DNA of 64,000 nt from Octopus sinensis (Eukaryota): positions 186,001 to 250,000 of the forward strand of contig NW_021835988.1 in NCBI RefSeq assembly GCF_006345805.1, given 5' to 3'. This document shows positions 1 through 11,843 of this stretch, one piece after another (the first letter of the stretch is position 1; the number at the start of each line of letters is the position of its first letter). The notes below the pieces were generated by a model. The model was not told the origin of the DNA, made no database searches, and saw only the letters and a list, made by a program, of their open reading frames with translations. Both the position numbers and the translations under genes were made by a program.

Positions 1-666
1 CATATTGTTTTGGACTTTGAAAAGGGGCTAATTAACTCTTCGGCTGCAGTTTTTACTTCGGCTAGGGTGTCGGGGTGCAACTTTCATCTTGGGCAGATGA
101 TTTGGAGGAAAGTCCAAGCCGAGGGACTTTGTGTACAATACAAAGATAAAGAGTGGCAACACCAGATTATCAGAGATTGCTTTTCTCTGGCTTTTATTGA
201 TGAGAAGGATGTTCTTTTCCAATTCGAAAAAATCTGCTTTAATTATGCAGAAATGACCGAAAAGGATACAAAGCTAGATGAATTTTTGGAATATTTTAAA
301 AAACAATTTATTCCCGGACTTGATGGTGAATCGCCAAGTTATGATGTTTCATTTTGGTCATGTTTTGAAAGGATCAAATCATCTGTTCCAAGAACTTCAA
401 ATGTACTAGAATCTTGGCATCGGGTTCTTAATAGTTTTTTTCTAACCGCGCATCCTCACCTGACAAATCTAATTAATGTACTTTGTGTGCTAGAAGAAGA
501 AAAGTATGTGAGGATGTGTCAAGCGAAGTGCGGAAAATATGAACTACCTAAATCTGACTTTAAAAAGGAAGAAGAACTGAAAGTAATTTGTTATCACTAC
601 CAAGAATTTGAAACGGATGATTTCTTAAGAATCATTGCTAAGTACACTTCTTTTAAAACAGAATAA
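1..666 (+). CDS. 3' half of the same MULE transposase (copy 1, cut by window edge)
   Basis: Same protein as the 3' part of 16559-17947 except KYE vs KLE. Confidence 0.9.
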   Translation, partial: HIVLDFEKGLINSSAAVFTSARVSGCNFHLGQMIWRKVQAEGLCVQYKDKEWQHQIIRDCFSLAFIDEKDVLFQFEKICFNYAEMTEKDTKLDEFLEYFKKQFIPGLDGESPSYDVSFWSCFERIKSSVPRTSNVLESWHRVLNSFFLTAHPHLTNLINVLCVLEEEKYVRMCQAKCGKYELPKSDFKKEEELKVICYHYQEFETDDFLRIIAKYTSFKTE

Positions 667-759
667 AATTTTTATTGTTTTCTTCCTAAGCGAGTTGTCC
701 GTCCTTGTTATTGTCGAGTTCCAGGACAACTCGCCTGTAGGCGAGTTGTCTGGCACCGT

Positions 760-1138
760 AAGGCAGTTAACGGAAAAGATTTCAAAACCGTTTTACTAGA
801 AATAAAAGCATTATGTTTATTGAAAGATATTACTAATCCTATTTTTATTATGGATAATGCGAGGATTCATCACTACCGTGGACTGGAAAATGATACTGAA
901 GTATCAACTAATCAGGAAATTTTTGCCACTATACTGTCCATTTTTAAATCATATTGAAAATGTTTTTTCAGTATGGAAAAACTTGGTAGTCCGTGGTAAA
1001 GCCAAGAATGAAAAAGATCTTAGATGCCTAATTACATCTAAATTCAACGAAATAACAAGTGAAAATTGCGAATCCTTCTACAGAAAGATGTTAACGTATT
1101 TGAATAGATGCTCAAATTCTGAAGTGATTCAAGAATAA
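760..1138 (+). pseudogene. IS630/Tc1-family transposase C-terminal fragment
   Basis: IFIMDNARIHH, then after a frameshift FLPLYCPFLNHIENVFSVWK (LP.YSP.LNPIE motif). Second copy at ~18040-18419. Confidence 0.8.
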
Positions 1139-1359
1139 CGATAATTTACTCTTTTTGATCTTTTTTTCTTTGAATTTCCATAATAAAAATAGGATTATTT
1201 GTCGGCGAACCATCACATCATTAGATATTATTTGTCGGCGAACCATCGCCGAGATTTATCACCAAATAAGTGTGTCTTCAACATCGCCAATGGCTGTCAG
1301 TACCTGGAAAAGAAAGAGGCGAGTTTGCCTACCAGCATCAATTTGCGAATAGAGAATGT

Positions 1360-1796
1360 AGCGACCAGAAACAGAAGTTTAATTAATTAAAAAAGACTAG
1401 AAAAAGATCAAAATATTAGAAAAAATCAGAATAGTAAAAAAGAATCAAAATAATAGAAAAATCAAAATAAACAATAAAATACTAGAAAGAAATAAATTGA
1501 AAAAAGTTTGTATGAATGCATATTAATTAAATGATAAAATGAATACAAATTCACTTGCAAAATATATTTTATGCAAGATATTTTACCAGCAATCAATTTA
1601 ATTAATAGTCAAACAAATAAAAAACGAAAATATTGTAAAAATTAAACATAAAAACACGAAATAATAAAATAAGAATTAGCTGCAACACATGCACAACAAA
1701 AGAAAATAATATAAAGTGCGTAATAATTTATCGTAGTTAATTCATAAATTAAAAACATTTAAAAATAAAATAAATAACATGTAATGTCTAAATCTG
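1360..1796 (+). repeat. Dispersed ~430-bp A-rich repeat family
   Basis: GCGACCAGAA...AAAGATCAAAATATTAGAAAAAATCAGAATAG...TCGTAGTTAATTCATAAATTAAAAACATTTAAAAATAAAATAAATAACAT. Other copies at ~18641-19077, 41908-42330, 42945-43355 and 55637-56065, with a degenerate one at 57240-57632. Confidence 0.85.
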
Positions 1797-1899
1797 TTTT
1801 AATTCTGCTCGGAACGTAAATTCAAAACACTATAAGATATGTGGCGTGCCTCACCTACGACGTGGTGGCATTCCACAATAAATGTGAAAAAGAGCCGCA

Positions 1900-2620
1900 A
1901 ACTCCCTATCCCTTCTTCATGGAGACGTGGATGGTGTCGTGCATTTCTACTTATCTCTGACGTTGTCAAATTAATTTCAGGAACAGCTCTGATTAATGTC
2001 CAGGTCAACTCGATGGAATTCGAACAAAGATTATGGAACTTGGACGATTTTTTTAGTCCAACTCAGTGTATATTGCTTTAATTCAGGAGTCAAAACTTAC
2101 ACACAAAGATTCAACCCCAACTTTCCCTGGATATTCCGTGTTCCGTAAACTTGGAAAAGCTAGAGGCCTCCTAACCTTTATCCGCAATCAGATTAATGGT
2201 ATGGACCTATCAAACAAGATATCGGCCATTATGGACATGGATTATCCTTTAGAACAAACCACAGTGAAAATAAGTTTGAGATCCTTCCGGATGACGATAT
2301 ATATACCTCCTGCGTCTTCATGTTATAGAGGATATCGTCCTAAACTTGCAGATTTTATAAGATTGGAAAAAATATTAATTTGCGGGGATTTGAATGCAAA
2401 AAGCCCCTTATGGTATAAAAACCAACCATTCGACCAAAGAGGATCTATAATATTGGACAGATTGACAACTTGTTAATTCTGAATGACCAGAACAAACATA
2501 CAAGAACTCCTTCCAGAAATGGTGACTCCCGAAGGTCACTTGATATAACTCTAGCTGCCCCATCCATTGCCCAAAGAATCACGTAGGACGTTATTTATGA
2601 CACCACATTTTCCTAACGAT
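1900..2620 (+). pseudogene. Degenerate APE endonuclease region of a non-LTR retrotransposon related to the 30019-33344 element
   Basis: IALIQESKL, FPGYSVFR, TIYIPPASSC, ILICGDLNAKSPLW align by eye with IALVQETKL, FPGYSYIR, NMYIPPCSSC, VFICGDMNAKSPIW of the intact LINE. Copy 2 at ~19180-19900. Confidence 0.85.
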
Positions 2621-2846
2621 GGCAAGATCTACCGGAGGTCCCCTTGAAGAGGAGTATCTTGCCTATAAGAAGTGTGTTAGAAAATTTGAAAAATCCATCC
2701 CTTTTGGACATTGATTAAGAATTCGAGACCAGGAAGAGATAAAGACAAGGAAAAGATAAAAGGAGACCCACAGACACCGGGATCACTTAATTAGACGATT
2801 ACTATTCCTCTTTCCTGTCTTCCCGGGGTTAAATAATAATATAAAA

Positions 2847-3900
2847 ATGGGTTTCGTTGTACTTTCAAAAGCAAATCTTCAAAAAATTTAAAAATCAGAG
2901 TTTAGGGATCTTGATGAAGTGATTGAAAAAGAGAAAAACATAGATTGAAAATTTACCCAAAAAATTTTGAATTCTCTGACGAAAAAAAAATTTATTCGAA
3001 AAAACAATTGCTTACTCAGATTTTTTTGTATAGAAGAGGAAGAAGTAAAGCTAACAATGATTGAGGTTATCTATAATTCTCCTTGTGTTTAGAAGGCACA
3101 TGATTCTAATCATTTTGGCAGAAATAGAATGATTAGTCAGCTGTCAGAAAAAATTTACGGTTTTACTCGAAATGAGATTGAAAATGTTATTAAAAACTGT
3201 GTTTTTTGTCAGGTATAATTCATCTTCACTTGACGTATGTATGGATTAAACGAAGCAGGAAATTGAAAGGACATTCGGTTGTGTCAATAATGTCGACCCA
3301 AAATGTCAAAATCAGAGTTAACACGTCAATTATTACTGAAACGAAAGTCCACTTCAATAAACCTGATATTTTTTCGTTTATGACAATAGGAAAAAGAGCC
3401 CCGCGACCCGCGTGATAGATACATAACCGATCTCATTGGCTTAAGGAGATATTCGGAATTAAAAGATTCAAATTCATGGGTATTACCATTGTTATATTTT
3501 AGGTTCTTGTTATCATTGATTCGTTTTCAAAGTATGCAGCTGTTAAATTATAAACTAAGACAGCAAAAGAAATATCTAGTCATTTTAGAAACATTTTCTA
3601 TATTATTGGTTCTCTAATTATTTTGCAAACTGACAATGGAAAAGAGTCTAACAATTCCCATTTGAACGAGTTATGTGCTGAATTTGATATACATCATGTA
3701 TGTGGAAGACCACGTGGATAGTGGATACAAAGCCAAGTGGAGAGGTAATTACTAATTTATGAATTTTTAGATTTAGCCAATCCATTAAAAACTGGATATC
3801 TTCAACTAGTGAATCGAATGGAAATTTTGGAAGATATGGTGAAATTATTAAAAAATTACTTATGACTATAATAAGACGGTCCATGCAACCAAAAGCATAG
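2847..3900 (+). pseudogene. Intron-containing retroviral-type (rve) integrase pseudogene, Ginger/KRBA2-SCAND3-like
   Basis: Splicing GT-AG introns at 3066-3092 (27 nt), 3480-3502 (23 nt) and 3745-3770 (26 nt) gives AHDSNHFGR..CVFCQ (HHCC finger), VLVIIDSFSKYA, ILQTDNGKE and QVERFSQ (D-D-E). In-frame stops at 3551 and 3719. Copy 2 at 20129-21182. Confidence 0.85.
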
Positions 3901-4029
3901 ACCATTCAGCATTTTTATGAATTATGAAAATGATTTTCTGCCGAATACAAAACAACTTGAAGGTCTAATGGCTTTTGACGCTGAAGATGAAAACGCGGAA
4001 ATTTATTACAAACGAACTCGAATTTCAGA

Positions 4030-5514
4030 TTGATTCAGTTTGTTTTAAAACGTTTATTTTGTTTGAAATGCTCAGTTTTTGTTAATTTTACGAAAACGTT
4101 TAATGTGGTGCAGGACAGGGAAACTACCCGGCATAAAAAGGAACAGACAAAATTTCAAACGCAACTCAACACTCTTCCGAAACTTGAAGCAAAGAAAAAT
4201 TTCAGAATTTGCTTAGTCGAAATGATGACGAAGGCGAATATACCTCTTTACAAAATAAGAAATGAACACTTTATTAATTTTTTTAATAATCTCGGATTTA
4301 CTGTTCCCAGCGAAAGTTGGTGCAGAAATATAGTTCCAGATTTGCAATGTCAATTGATTGAAATGCTTAAAACAATTATTTCTGGAAAAGATATATTCAT
4401 ACTTGTTGATGAAACGGAAATCAATAAACAGAAATTTGTTAACGTTCTTTGTGGGACTATTGAAAGTCCTGAAAAAATTTATTTATTAAATTGTTTGGAA
4501 ATTGAAATTTGTGATGCATCTGCAATTTGTAGAATTGTGGATGACACAATTCGAATTTATGATATAAAAAGGGAAAATTTTTTATTATTTATTTCTGATG
4601 CTGCCCGTTATATGACTTTAGCAGCGAGTACATTGAAGGTTATGTATATTAAAATGATTCATATAACTTGTTTTGCTCATCATCTGCACAATTGTGCATT
4701 AAAGATTAGAGCACATTATAAATATATTGACGACTTAATCTCGTCTATCAAAATGTCGATTGTAAAAAATCCCTCCCGGAGGAGTCTTTTTACAGTTATT
4801 GGACTTCCACCTGATGTTGTTCTAACAAGATGGGGCAGCTGGTTGGGCGCAGCAAAATATTATAGTCGACATCTTTCAAGAGTTCGCGAAATTGTCTTAT
4901 CCTATCCAAATTGTGGAAAGATTGTGATGAATGCGAAAAATGCTGTTAGCCCTGAAAATTTGGAGAAAAATCTGGCAGAGTTAATGGCTTCATACAACCC
5001 TATTATTGATGAAATCAGAAAATGCCAAGAAAAATTTTATACAATTAAAGATGCAATTGAATTCATTGATTCCGTTAATTTTGGTGAGGATAATTGTGAC
5101 ATCAACAAGTATTTTTTAAAGCGGATAAGTATGTTACCATGGACGAATATTAAAAATGCTAGAATTTCTAGTATTTCTTCAGAAACATTTATTTACTTAT
5201 GGAAATGTCCTTCAACATCAATATCTGCAGAAAGAAGCTTTTCTATGCTGAATAAATTGCTCGAAAAAGATAGAAACTTCAAGCCAGAAAATATTAAATA
5301 TTATATGATGCAATATTATAATAAATTCATTGATTGAAATGTTTAATTTTTTCATATTTTCAAATTCAGAATATCTAAAAATCAAAATTCGATAGGTCAT
5401 ATTTTGATTTTTTAGGTCATATTTTAATATTTTTAAGTTATATTTTAGAATTTTAAAGTCATATTTTTTACGGTCATATTTAATTTTTTTAAGGTCATAT
5501 TTCTGGTTGCCCTA
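4030..5514 (+). mobile_element. 5'-truncated hAT-superfamily transposon; intronless transposase ORF 4030-5337
   Basis: ILVDETE, ISDAARYM, HITCFAHHLHN (CxxH), LTRWGSW, SAERSFS. Subterminal AGGTCATATT repeats and right end TGGTTGCCCTA at 5504-5514. Copy 2 (21312-22794) has a 1-nt frameshift in an A-run near 21755. Confidence 0.88.
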
Positions 5515-6078
5515 TAAATAACAGATTCAAATATGACAATTTCGTCTTAAAAAAATATGTAAAAAAAAATTTTAATAAAAAATTATAAATTTCTTTTAAG
5601 ATGCCAATCTGTGGGAAAGACAGATTTTTGTTACGACGATTTATCAAATTGAAAAGCAAAAAGATATTAATAATATATTAATTAATTTCTTCAAAAAACA
5701 ATTTTTTTGGGTTTTAGTGGTGCATGAATAGGCTTGAATGGCCACTTAATAGTCCAAGAAAGTTTGCCCTCAAATGCGAAAAAAGTTTTTTGATATACGA
5801 GTATTCCCCCGAGTACTACCCCTTATCAACGGAACATGTATAGTCCTCCTAATTAGTCGACAGTCGGTGACGAATTTGCCCATAAATATTCCCGTCTTGT
5901 ACGTACATTCAAATACCAGCGAGGAACATTGGTAACACGTGACTATTTACAAAATTCTAAGTTATTCAATACATTTTAGTTCGAATGGGATATCAGGTTG
6001 GCTGAAGAAAAACGCAAAATACTACTCGTAATTGACCAATGTTTTTGTTCGAATGGGGCACTTTTCTATTGGGGCGGG

Positions 6079-6950
6079 TATCTCAACAACTGCATTAACC
6101 TTAGCACAATGCTCTGATTGTGTGCTGATCCCTATGAATATATACACATATTTTGGGACTCAATTCATTTTTTCATATCTTGAGTACGACCCGATGTGTT
6201 ACGGGTGCATCGTCGACTTGACAGACCGGAAGGATGTCTTCTTGACTGATAATTTTATGCTGTTGTGGCTCTTCACGGACGCATGTCTTGGTGGTCCAGG
6301 AGGGACTAATCTGAATAGGTTCATAGTAAGAGCGTTTCCAGACCCTATAACCGAGTCTATTACATTCTGGAAGAACATCTGGAATGTGACCAGTGATGCA
6401 TCCATCAAACAAGCGTGTTGCTTAGCATTGTCAGTGGAGTATGGCGTAGTCACTACAATGTCCTTCCGGAACCTTATAGAGTCACCACAATCACTTAACA
6501 TAAGAAAAAATACAGATATTGATGAGATCATAAAGAAAATGATTAAACTTCAGATGAAAAATGACGGTCGACGTTACAGTGAGAATGCAATCTCTGAGGT
6601 GATCACAAGCTACTTTGAAACCGAGGGCTTGTTGATTGAATACATGATGTCAATCAGACCACTCTTCCCACGGTTTCTGTCGGAGTTGTATTCAAGCTCA
6701 CTGTTAGGGTACGCAGATTCAATAATACGCTTGTATCTCGGTGCCAAGTCGGTCAGGACTATGTTCAAGGCAAGGATGGCCAAAAGTGTAATCAAAGAGG
6801 GGATCAGAAGTGAAGCTCAAATGTATTTGAGAGTGTTGACTAGGAAGGTATATGAGACAATGAACTTTCAATGTGCGGCAGAGAAGGCTGATCAAATGAG
6901 GTTGCAATCATGGGGGAGGGAGGTGATAGGTGCAACAGTCCCTCACCCTT
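6079..6950 (+). other. L: Endogenous viral element: rhabdovirus-like (Mononegavirales) L polymerase fragment, open frame within ORF 6032-6961
   Basis: [54 protein letters not shown], and CAAEKADQMRLQSWGREVIGATVPHP match, from memory, vesiculovirus L motifs [39 protein letters not shown] and [26 protein letters not shown]. Confidence 0.92.
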
Positions 6951-6953
6951 CAA

Positions 6954-7520
6954 ATACATGATTCTTCAAACCAATAATTAATTATAAAATTAAAGGATCA
7001 AGGAATCAATAAACATAGAAATAATGAAAAAAACCATAAATAACAAGTAAAAACTATTCATCACAGAAAAATATAAAATAAATATTTTTTAGATATAGAA
7101 AATGTATAAAAATATGAGAAATCAATTAAAATGTTTCAGTCATTATTAATAATGTTTATAGAATGATTAAAAATACATGATTCTTCAAACCAATAATTAA
7201 TTATAAAATTAAAGGATCAAGAAACCAATAAACATAGAAATAATGAAAAAAACCATAAATAACAAGTAAAAACTATTCATCACAGAAAAATATAAAATAA
7301 ATATTTTTTAGATATAGAAAATGTATAAAAATGGGAGAAATCAATTAAAATGTTTCAGTCATTATTAATAATGTTTATAGAATGAATAAAAATACATGAT
7401 TCTTCAAACCAATAATTAATAATAAAATTAAAGGATCAAGGAACCAATAAACATAGAAATAATGAAAAAAACCATAAATAACAAGTAAAAACTATTCATC
7501 ACAGAAAAATATAAATACAT
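6954..7520 (+). repeat. AT-rich tandem array, 219-bp unit, ~2.6 units
   Basis: ATACATGATTCTTCAAACC recurs at 6954, 7173 and 7392. Also at 24234-24800 and ~46575-47013 (unit 216 bp). Confidence 0.92.
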
Positions 7521-8148
7521 CAACCACAAAAAGTAATGACAAACTACACGTCATATAATACGTTATTTTAGGAATTAAATAAAATCTTGAAATTTTAAAA
7601 AAAATAAAATTATAATTTTAGTTATTTGCATTCAAATTACACTGTTTCAAATTATTTGTCATTGTCTCCTCATTATAATAAACTTTGGAAAAAAATCAGA
7701 TAGATAGTGTGCTTCTATACTGAAAACATCAATTCTCATTCTGATTAACGAGGTTACTTGATTATCTTTTAGCAGTTGTACGAGGACAATGTTGCCAGAT
7801 AAGCTATTTAAATTAAACGTGTTTATTTTATTTTTTGATTATTGATTTTTTTCAAATTGGCTCTAAAATTTTTATTTACCAAAAATGGCCAATTTGCAAG
7901 GGTTCACTGTATCGATATTTTTCATCCCTATCAAAAAATCGATTTTTGTGTATAAAGAATCAACATTGATCCCAGACTTTATGAAGTTTATCTCTAATCC
8001 AGAATTTATATGTGAGGTACAGAAAAGTCTGCGAGCTAACTTGAGTTATCAAACATGCTCCAATTATTCTCATACGATATTTGACCGCACTATACAATGC
8101 AAACTGGAGACTTGGGTACGTACCGGACTCTTGGAAAAAGTATGACGT

Positions 8149-8325
8149 ATGATTCCAAACCCTGGAAAAATGAAGGACCATGCAGAGAACTATCGGTCAA
8201 TAAACCTAATATGCTCCGTCTTTAAAATTATGGAACGGATTGTCTTCACAAGGCTTTCGAACTTCGTAGAGGAATCAGGTACACTTGCAGCGGAGCAGTG
8301 GGGATTCCGACGAAAAAGATCCTAC
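8149..8325 (+). pseudogene. Non-LTR reverse transcriptase N-terminal fragment
   Basis: IPNPGK..NYRSINLICSVFKIMERIV..QWGFRRKRS; similar to the RT inserted at 51461-52825. Copy 2 at ~25428-25604. Confidence 0.8.
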
Positions 8326-8725
8326 GGGAATTGTTCTATATGGCTACATACAAGTCCTCATCTATATGGCTTGGAAATGGAAATAACTCACCGCGCAATG
8401 AAGGATTGGCATGTTTTCTTCAGGATCGGAATATTTTCTTTTCCAGCGAAGAACTGGTCTCAAGGTGCCCTCATTGTAAAGCGGCGAAGAAAACAGTGGA
8501 TCATCTGGCCACTAGATGTGAACGTATGCTGTATCTTGACTACACGAGACGTCATAATGAAGGTGTACGCTGTTTGCATCTCCATTTTTGTCGTCTTTAT
8601 GGATTGAAGAATCAGAAAAGGTTGAAGACACATTCAGTGCAGGAGGTTATATCGAATGAAAGAGTTGAGGTACGGGTAGACACTCGAATCGAGACTGATT
8701 CTACCGTTCGTTATAAGAAACCTAA
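8325..8725 (+). pseudogene. RLE-type (R2-group-like) non-LTR retrotransposon C-terminal fragment
   Basis: CPHCK..TVDHLATRC (CCHC), DYTRRHNE, VRVDTRIETD..KP. Related fragments at 15960-16293, 37450-37800 and 40990-41275; copy 2 at ~25604-26004. Confidence 0.8.
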
Positions 8726-9182
8726 ATTAATTAATAAACATTAATAAAAAAATTTAATAAGCTGAAAAAAGCAGATCTATTTATCGATACTATCCGATTT
8801 ACTATTAAGAATTACTTGGAACACTACAATGTACTGCGTTTGGTTATTCCAGGCGGAGATGTACAATTACTACCAGTCATACCGACCATCACCAACTCTT
8901 CAAGTAGCCAACAAACCGGAGGCACAACGACGAAAGGTCGTGGAGTGTTTGATGGAAATAAACGACAAGATTGTTAGACAGAGTCGCCTTTTCGTGGATG
9001 TCCCTTCTTTCTAATCGGTTCGTTCTTGCCCGATTTCTCCGTAACCTGTCACTCTGTTTGTCAGTCAGTTTCTTCTTCATCATTTCGCTATCAGTTAGGA
9101 CTTGCTTAATCTGTTGTTTAAATTTAGCGATTTTTCCTAGATAATTTATTAATAATCACTTTACTTCAAAAAAAGTTATTAC

Positions 9183-9338
9183 TAGGGCAACCAAAAAATA
9201 GCAAAATTTTTGAAAAAAATAGCAAATTTTTTATTTAAATAAATATAACAAAATAATTTTATTACTATCATATTTATTATTTATGGTATTTTTATTAAAT
9301 TATATTTAATAGCATTTTATAGCATTTGGTTGCCTTTA
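9183..9338. mobile_element. Degenerate ~155-bp hAT-type MITE
   Basis: Left TAGGGCAACCAAA, right TTTGGTTGCCTTTA; the same terminus type as the hAT elements ending at 5514 and 55567. No TSD found. Copy 2 near 26463-26618. Confidence 0.5.
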
Positions 9339-9829
9339 AAAACAAATTTATTTAACGATAGGAAAATAATCTGCTAATTTCCCTCCGGTTGCTGATTTTT
9401 TCATTTGCATTCCTAATATTTTTCTGGAATTATAACAATCTTTCAAAGCTTCATGAAACAAATTGAAAACGTTTTCTTCATGTTTATTCATTGCTGTTAT
9501 TGTTTCCGAAAAAGAATAGGTAAATGTTACTTCGTCGTGTATATTCTCGTCGTAATTTTCTACTTCATTTTCAGTAATTATATCTTTAATCGAATCGAGA
9601 TGGTTTTTTGAGTGGATATCCCTTACGACAGTACTCTTTCACGATCGCGTCAGGCTCTCGCCCAGTAAATCATCAGCCCTTTAATTCATTAATATCTTGA
9701 ATTATGTTATCTAAAATGTCCAATTTATTATTCACCAATGAGAAAGTTTGAAAAGGACATTTATCAATTTTCTTCCAACAATTAGTAATAAATTAAGAAG
9801 ACAAATATTTATTTAAATAGAGACTGTTA

Positions 9830-10231
9830 GTGGAGGGTAGATCACCTACGGCATTCCTGCCTTTTCAGTCCCGCACACACGCTCACCTCTCAGCCGCAAA
9901 CTAAGATTTACCGCCTTACCTGCCACCCAGACATTATCTTCTCTAGGACCTCAGGGAGCCCTTTGAGGGATAATTCCTAGGTGTCCGAGAGCTCCTCTCG
10001 TCATCCTAAGCCATGTGCTAGCCGGATGGTTCGTCTTCTGACTTTCTTAAGCGCGTCAACGTACTTTTCCCTGTTCTCGCAGAAGTGCCAGGCATGTACG
10101 CCATGGATCAACACGGGTAACACCATGGCGTTAAACACGCGTAGCCAGGCACCTCTCCGCAGGCGCGAAAGCACGCAACGTGCCCAGTCGCTGCAGTGCA
10201 CGCATTTTTGTACGTGCAATGTAATCATCAA
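9830..10231 (-). pseudogene. 3' end of a non-LTR retrotransposon ORF plus 3' UTR
   Basis: VFNAMVLPVLIHGVHAWHF..LKKVRRRTIRLA resembles VFNTVILPGLLYGKEGWYF..FEKSRRLALKLA at 52378-52608. Copy 2 at ~27110-27500. Confidence 0.7.
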
Positions 10232-11410
10232 CTTACCGGACGATAAGGTAAAAATTATAATTATTTAAATCCAAATTAGTAAATTTATTGAAGTGGAAAA
10301 AATATCTTATCATGATAATTTTTGGTTCCAGCTTCCTGCTCCTTGCTATCGATCCACCTCCTTCCGCCAGATTAATGGGTCGGAATACAGCATCTGTATC
10401 TTTGACAGGTTCCTCTGATGTCTCCTAGTGGTGGCTGCTTCCTTTATTTAGTTGTTCATTGATTGCATGCTTCGCCGTTGTAGTTAAGTGTTTGTACTCT
10501 TTTTAGTTTTGTTGAATCATTTCTTTGTTGAAAATGTTAAACGAAGTAATAAATGTATCACATCAAACAATTTTTAGAAAATGAATATAAAACTCCGTTT
10601 TATTCAGGGTTAAAAATTTTTATACAACGTGGGGATTTATATTTTCCTATACTTTTTGACTATATCTCGTTCGCAGGACGGTAAACTCAAAAGAGTCCGG
10701 AATACGCTAGTACTTGATCTCAGAAACTCGCAAGAGCTTTACATGTCATCAAAAAAGACAAAGATTATATTTCATGACTGGGAACCCACTTTTGGGTGGT
10801 TTTCGCTACGCCACGTTGTCTGGAAGCAACTCTTCTAATAACTTTGATTGGCTTCATTCGGTGGTGTGATGTATCTGAATTGTAGGTGCTGTTCCCCCTG
10901 TAAAGGACTAGGCCTTTTGTGGGTCATGTTGGGCTTTTGGTACTATTAGAGCGTTCGGTTCACATTATTGCACTGTGACTAATCGCTCAGTTCAGTTTTA
11001 AGAACAGTACCTGGTGGATTGTTAATCGAGTAAAGGCAATAGCCGGTGTTTTGGTGGACTCGATGTCAATTCATATTCTTTGTATAGTTGTTCTCATTGG
11101 CTTCTGCGGAACAAGAATTCTCTTCCAAAAACTTTTTCCATTAGTAAAACAGATTTGCTCCATAATGCTCATGGAGCAAAAAAAGTTGCTGAAAGGCTCG
11201 TTGCAAAGAAAGGAACAAGTAGCTACGACTCATTTATTCTTTTTGTTTTGTATTATTTATCTTCAAAGCTTCTGTTCACTTTTGAAAAAACTTGTTTGTA
11301 CTCAAGCCTAAAGATACATCAAATAAATATCATTGAAACTGCAGTTTAATTGAAAAATATTTTTGGACCTCTTTGTACTGTTTAGAATGTTATAAAAAAT
11401 GCATGGACCT

Positions 11411-11742
11411 ATGCGTATTGTGAAGCTTACCAAAGAAATTCTTCAAAAAATCAAAAAAATCAGAGAAAACCAAGAAGAAAACAACGATTTAGGCTAAAAC
11501 AGCTTGCGATATGCTTTGAAAATGGAAATGAATTCTTTATTAAGATTGCGATATTTCGCAGAGGATGACATTGAGTTGAAGCTTAAATGCATTGAGGTAT
11601 TGGATTAATTAACATTAATTAGGCGGAATATAATTATAATCATTTTGGTAGAGATAGACTGTTCAGCAAGCTAAAGACCAAGTATTATGGTTTGACTAGG
11701 GATGAAATTGCAGGAGTAATTAATAAATGTGTTCATTGCCAG
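11411..11742 (+). pseudogene. 5' part of a second Ginger/KRBA2-like integrase gene with a 26-nt intron
   Basis: MRIVKLTKEILQKI..KCIE | intron 11597-11622 | AEYNYNHFGRDRL..KCVHCQ | GT. Introns sit at the same positions as in the 2847-3900 paralog. Copy 2 at 28688-29019. Confidence 0.75.
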
Positions 11743-11754
11743 GTAAATATTAAG

Positions 11755-11843
11755 GTTTAGGGTTAGATGTTTAAGATTTGGTTAGGATTAGAGTTAGGGA
11801 TAGGGGTGGCCAAAGCCCGCATAGAGTTAGGGATTAGGGTTAG
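11755..11843 (+). repeat. Degenerate TTAGGG-like tract
   Basis: TTTAGGGTTAG, GGTTAGGATTAGAGTTAGGGATAGGGG, GAGTTAGGGATTAGGGTTAGG. Copy 2 at ~29032-29120. Confidence 0.65.

Noticed and set aside
6173-6907. Short antisense ORFs over the EVE, and similar ones over the LINE (30349-33324) and other TEs
   Set aside because: Shadow frames of real coding sequence on the opposite strand; no motifs.
6954-7520. CRISPR-like array
   Set aside because: Contiguous 219-bp units without unique spacers, no cas genes, eukaryotic context.
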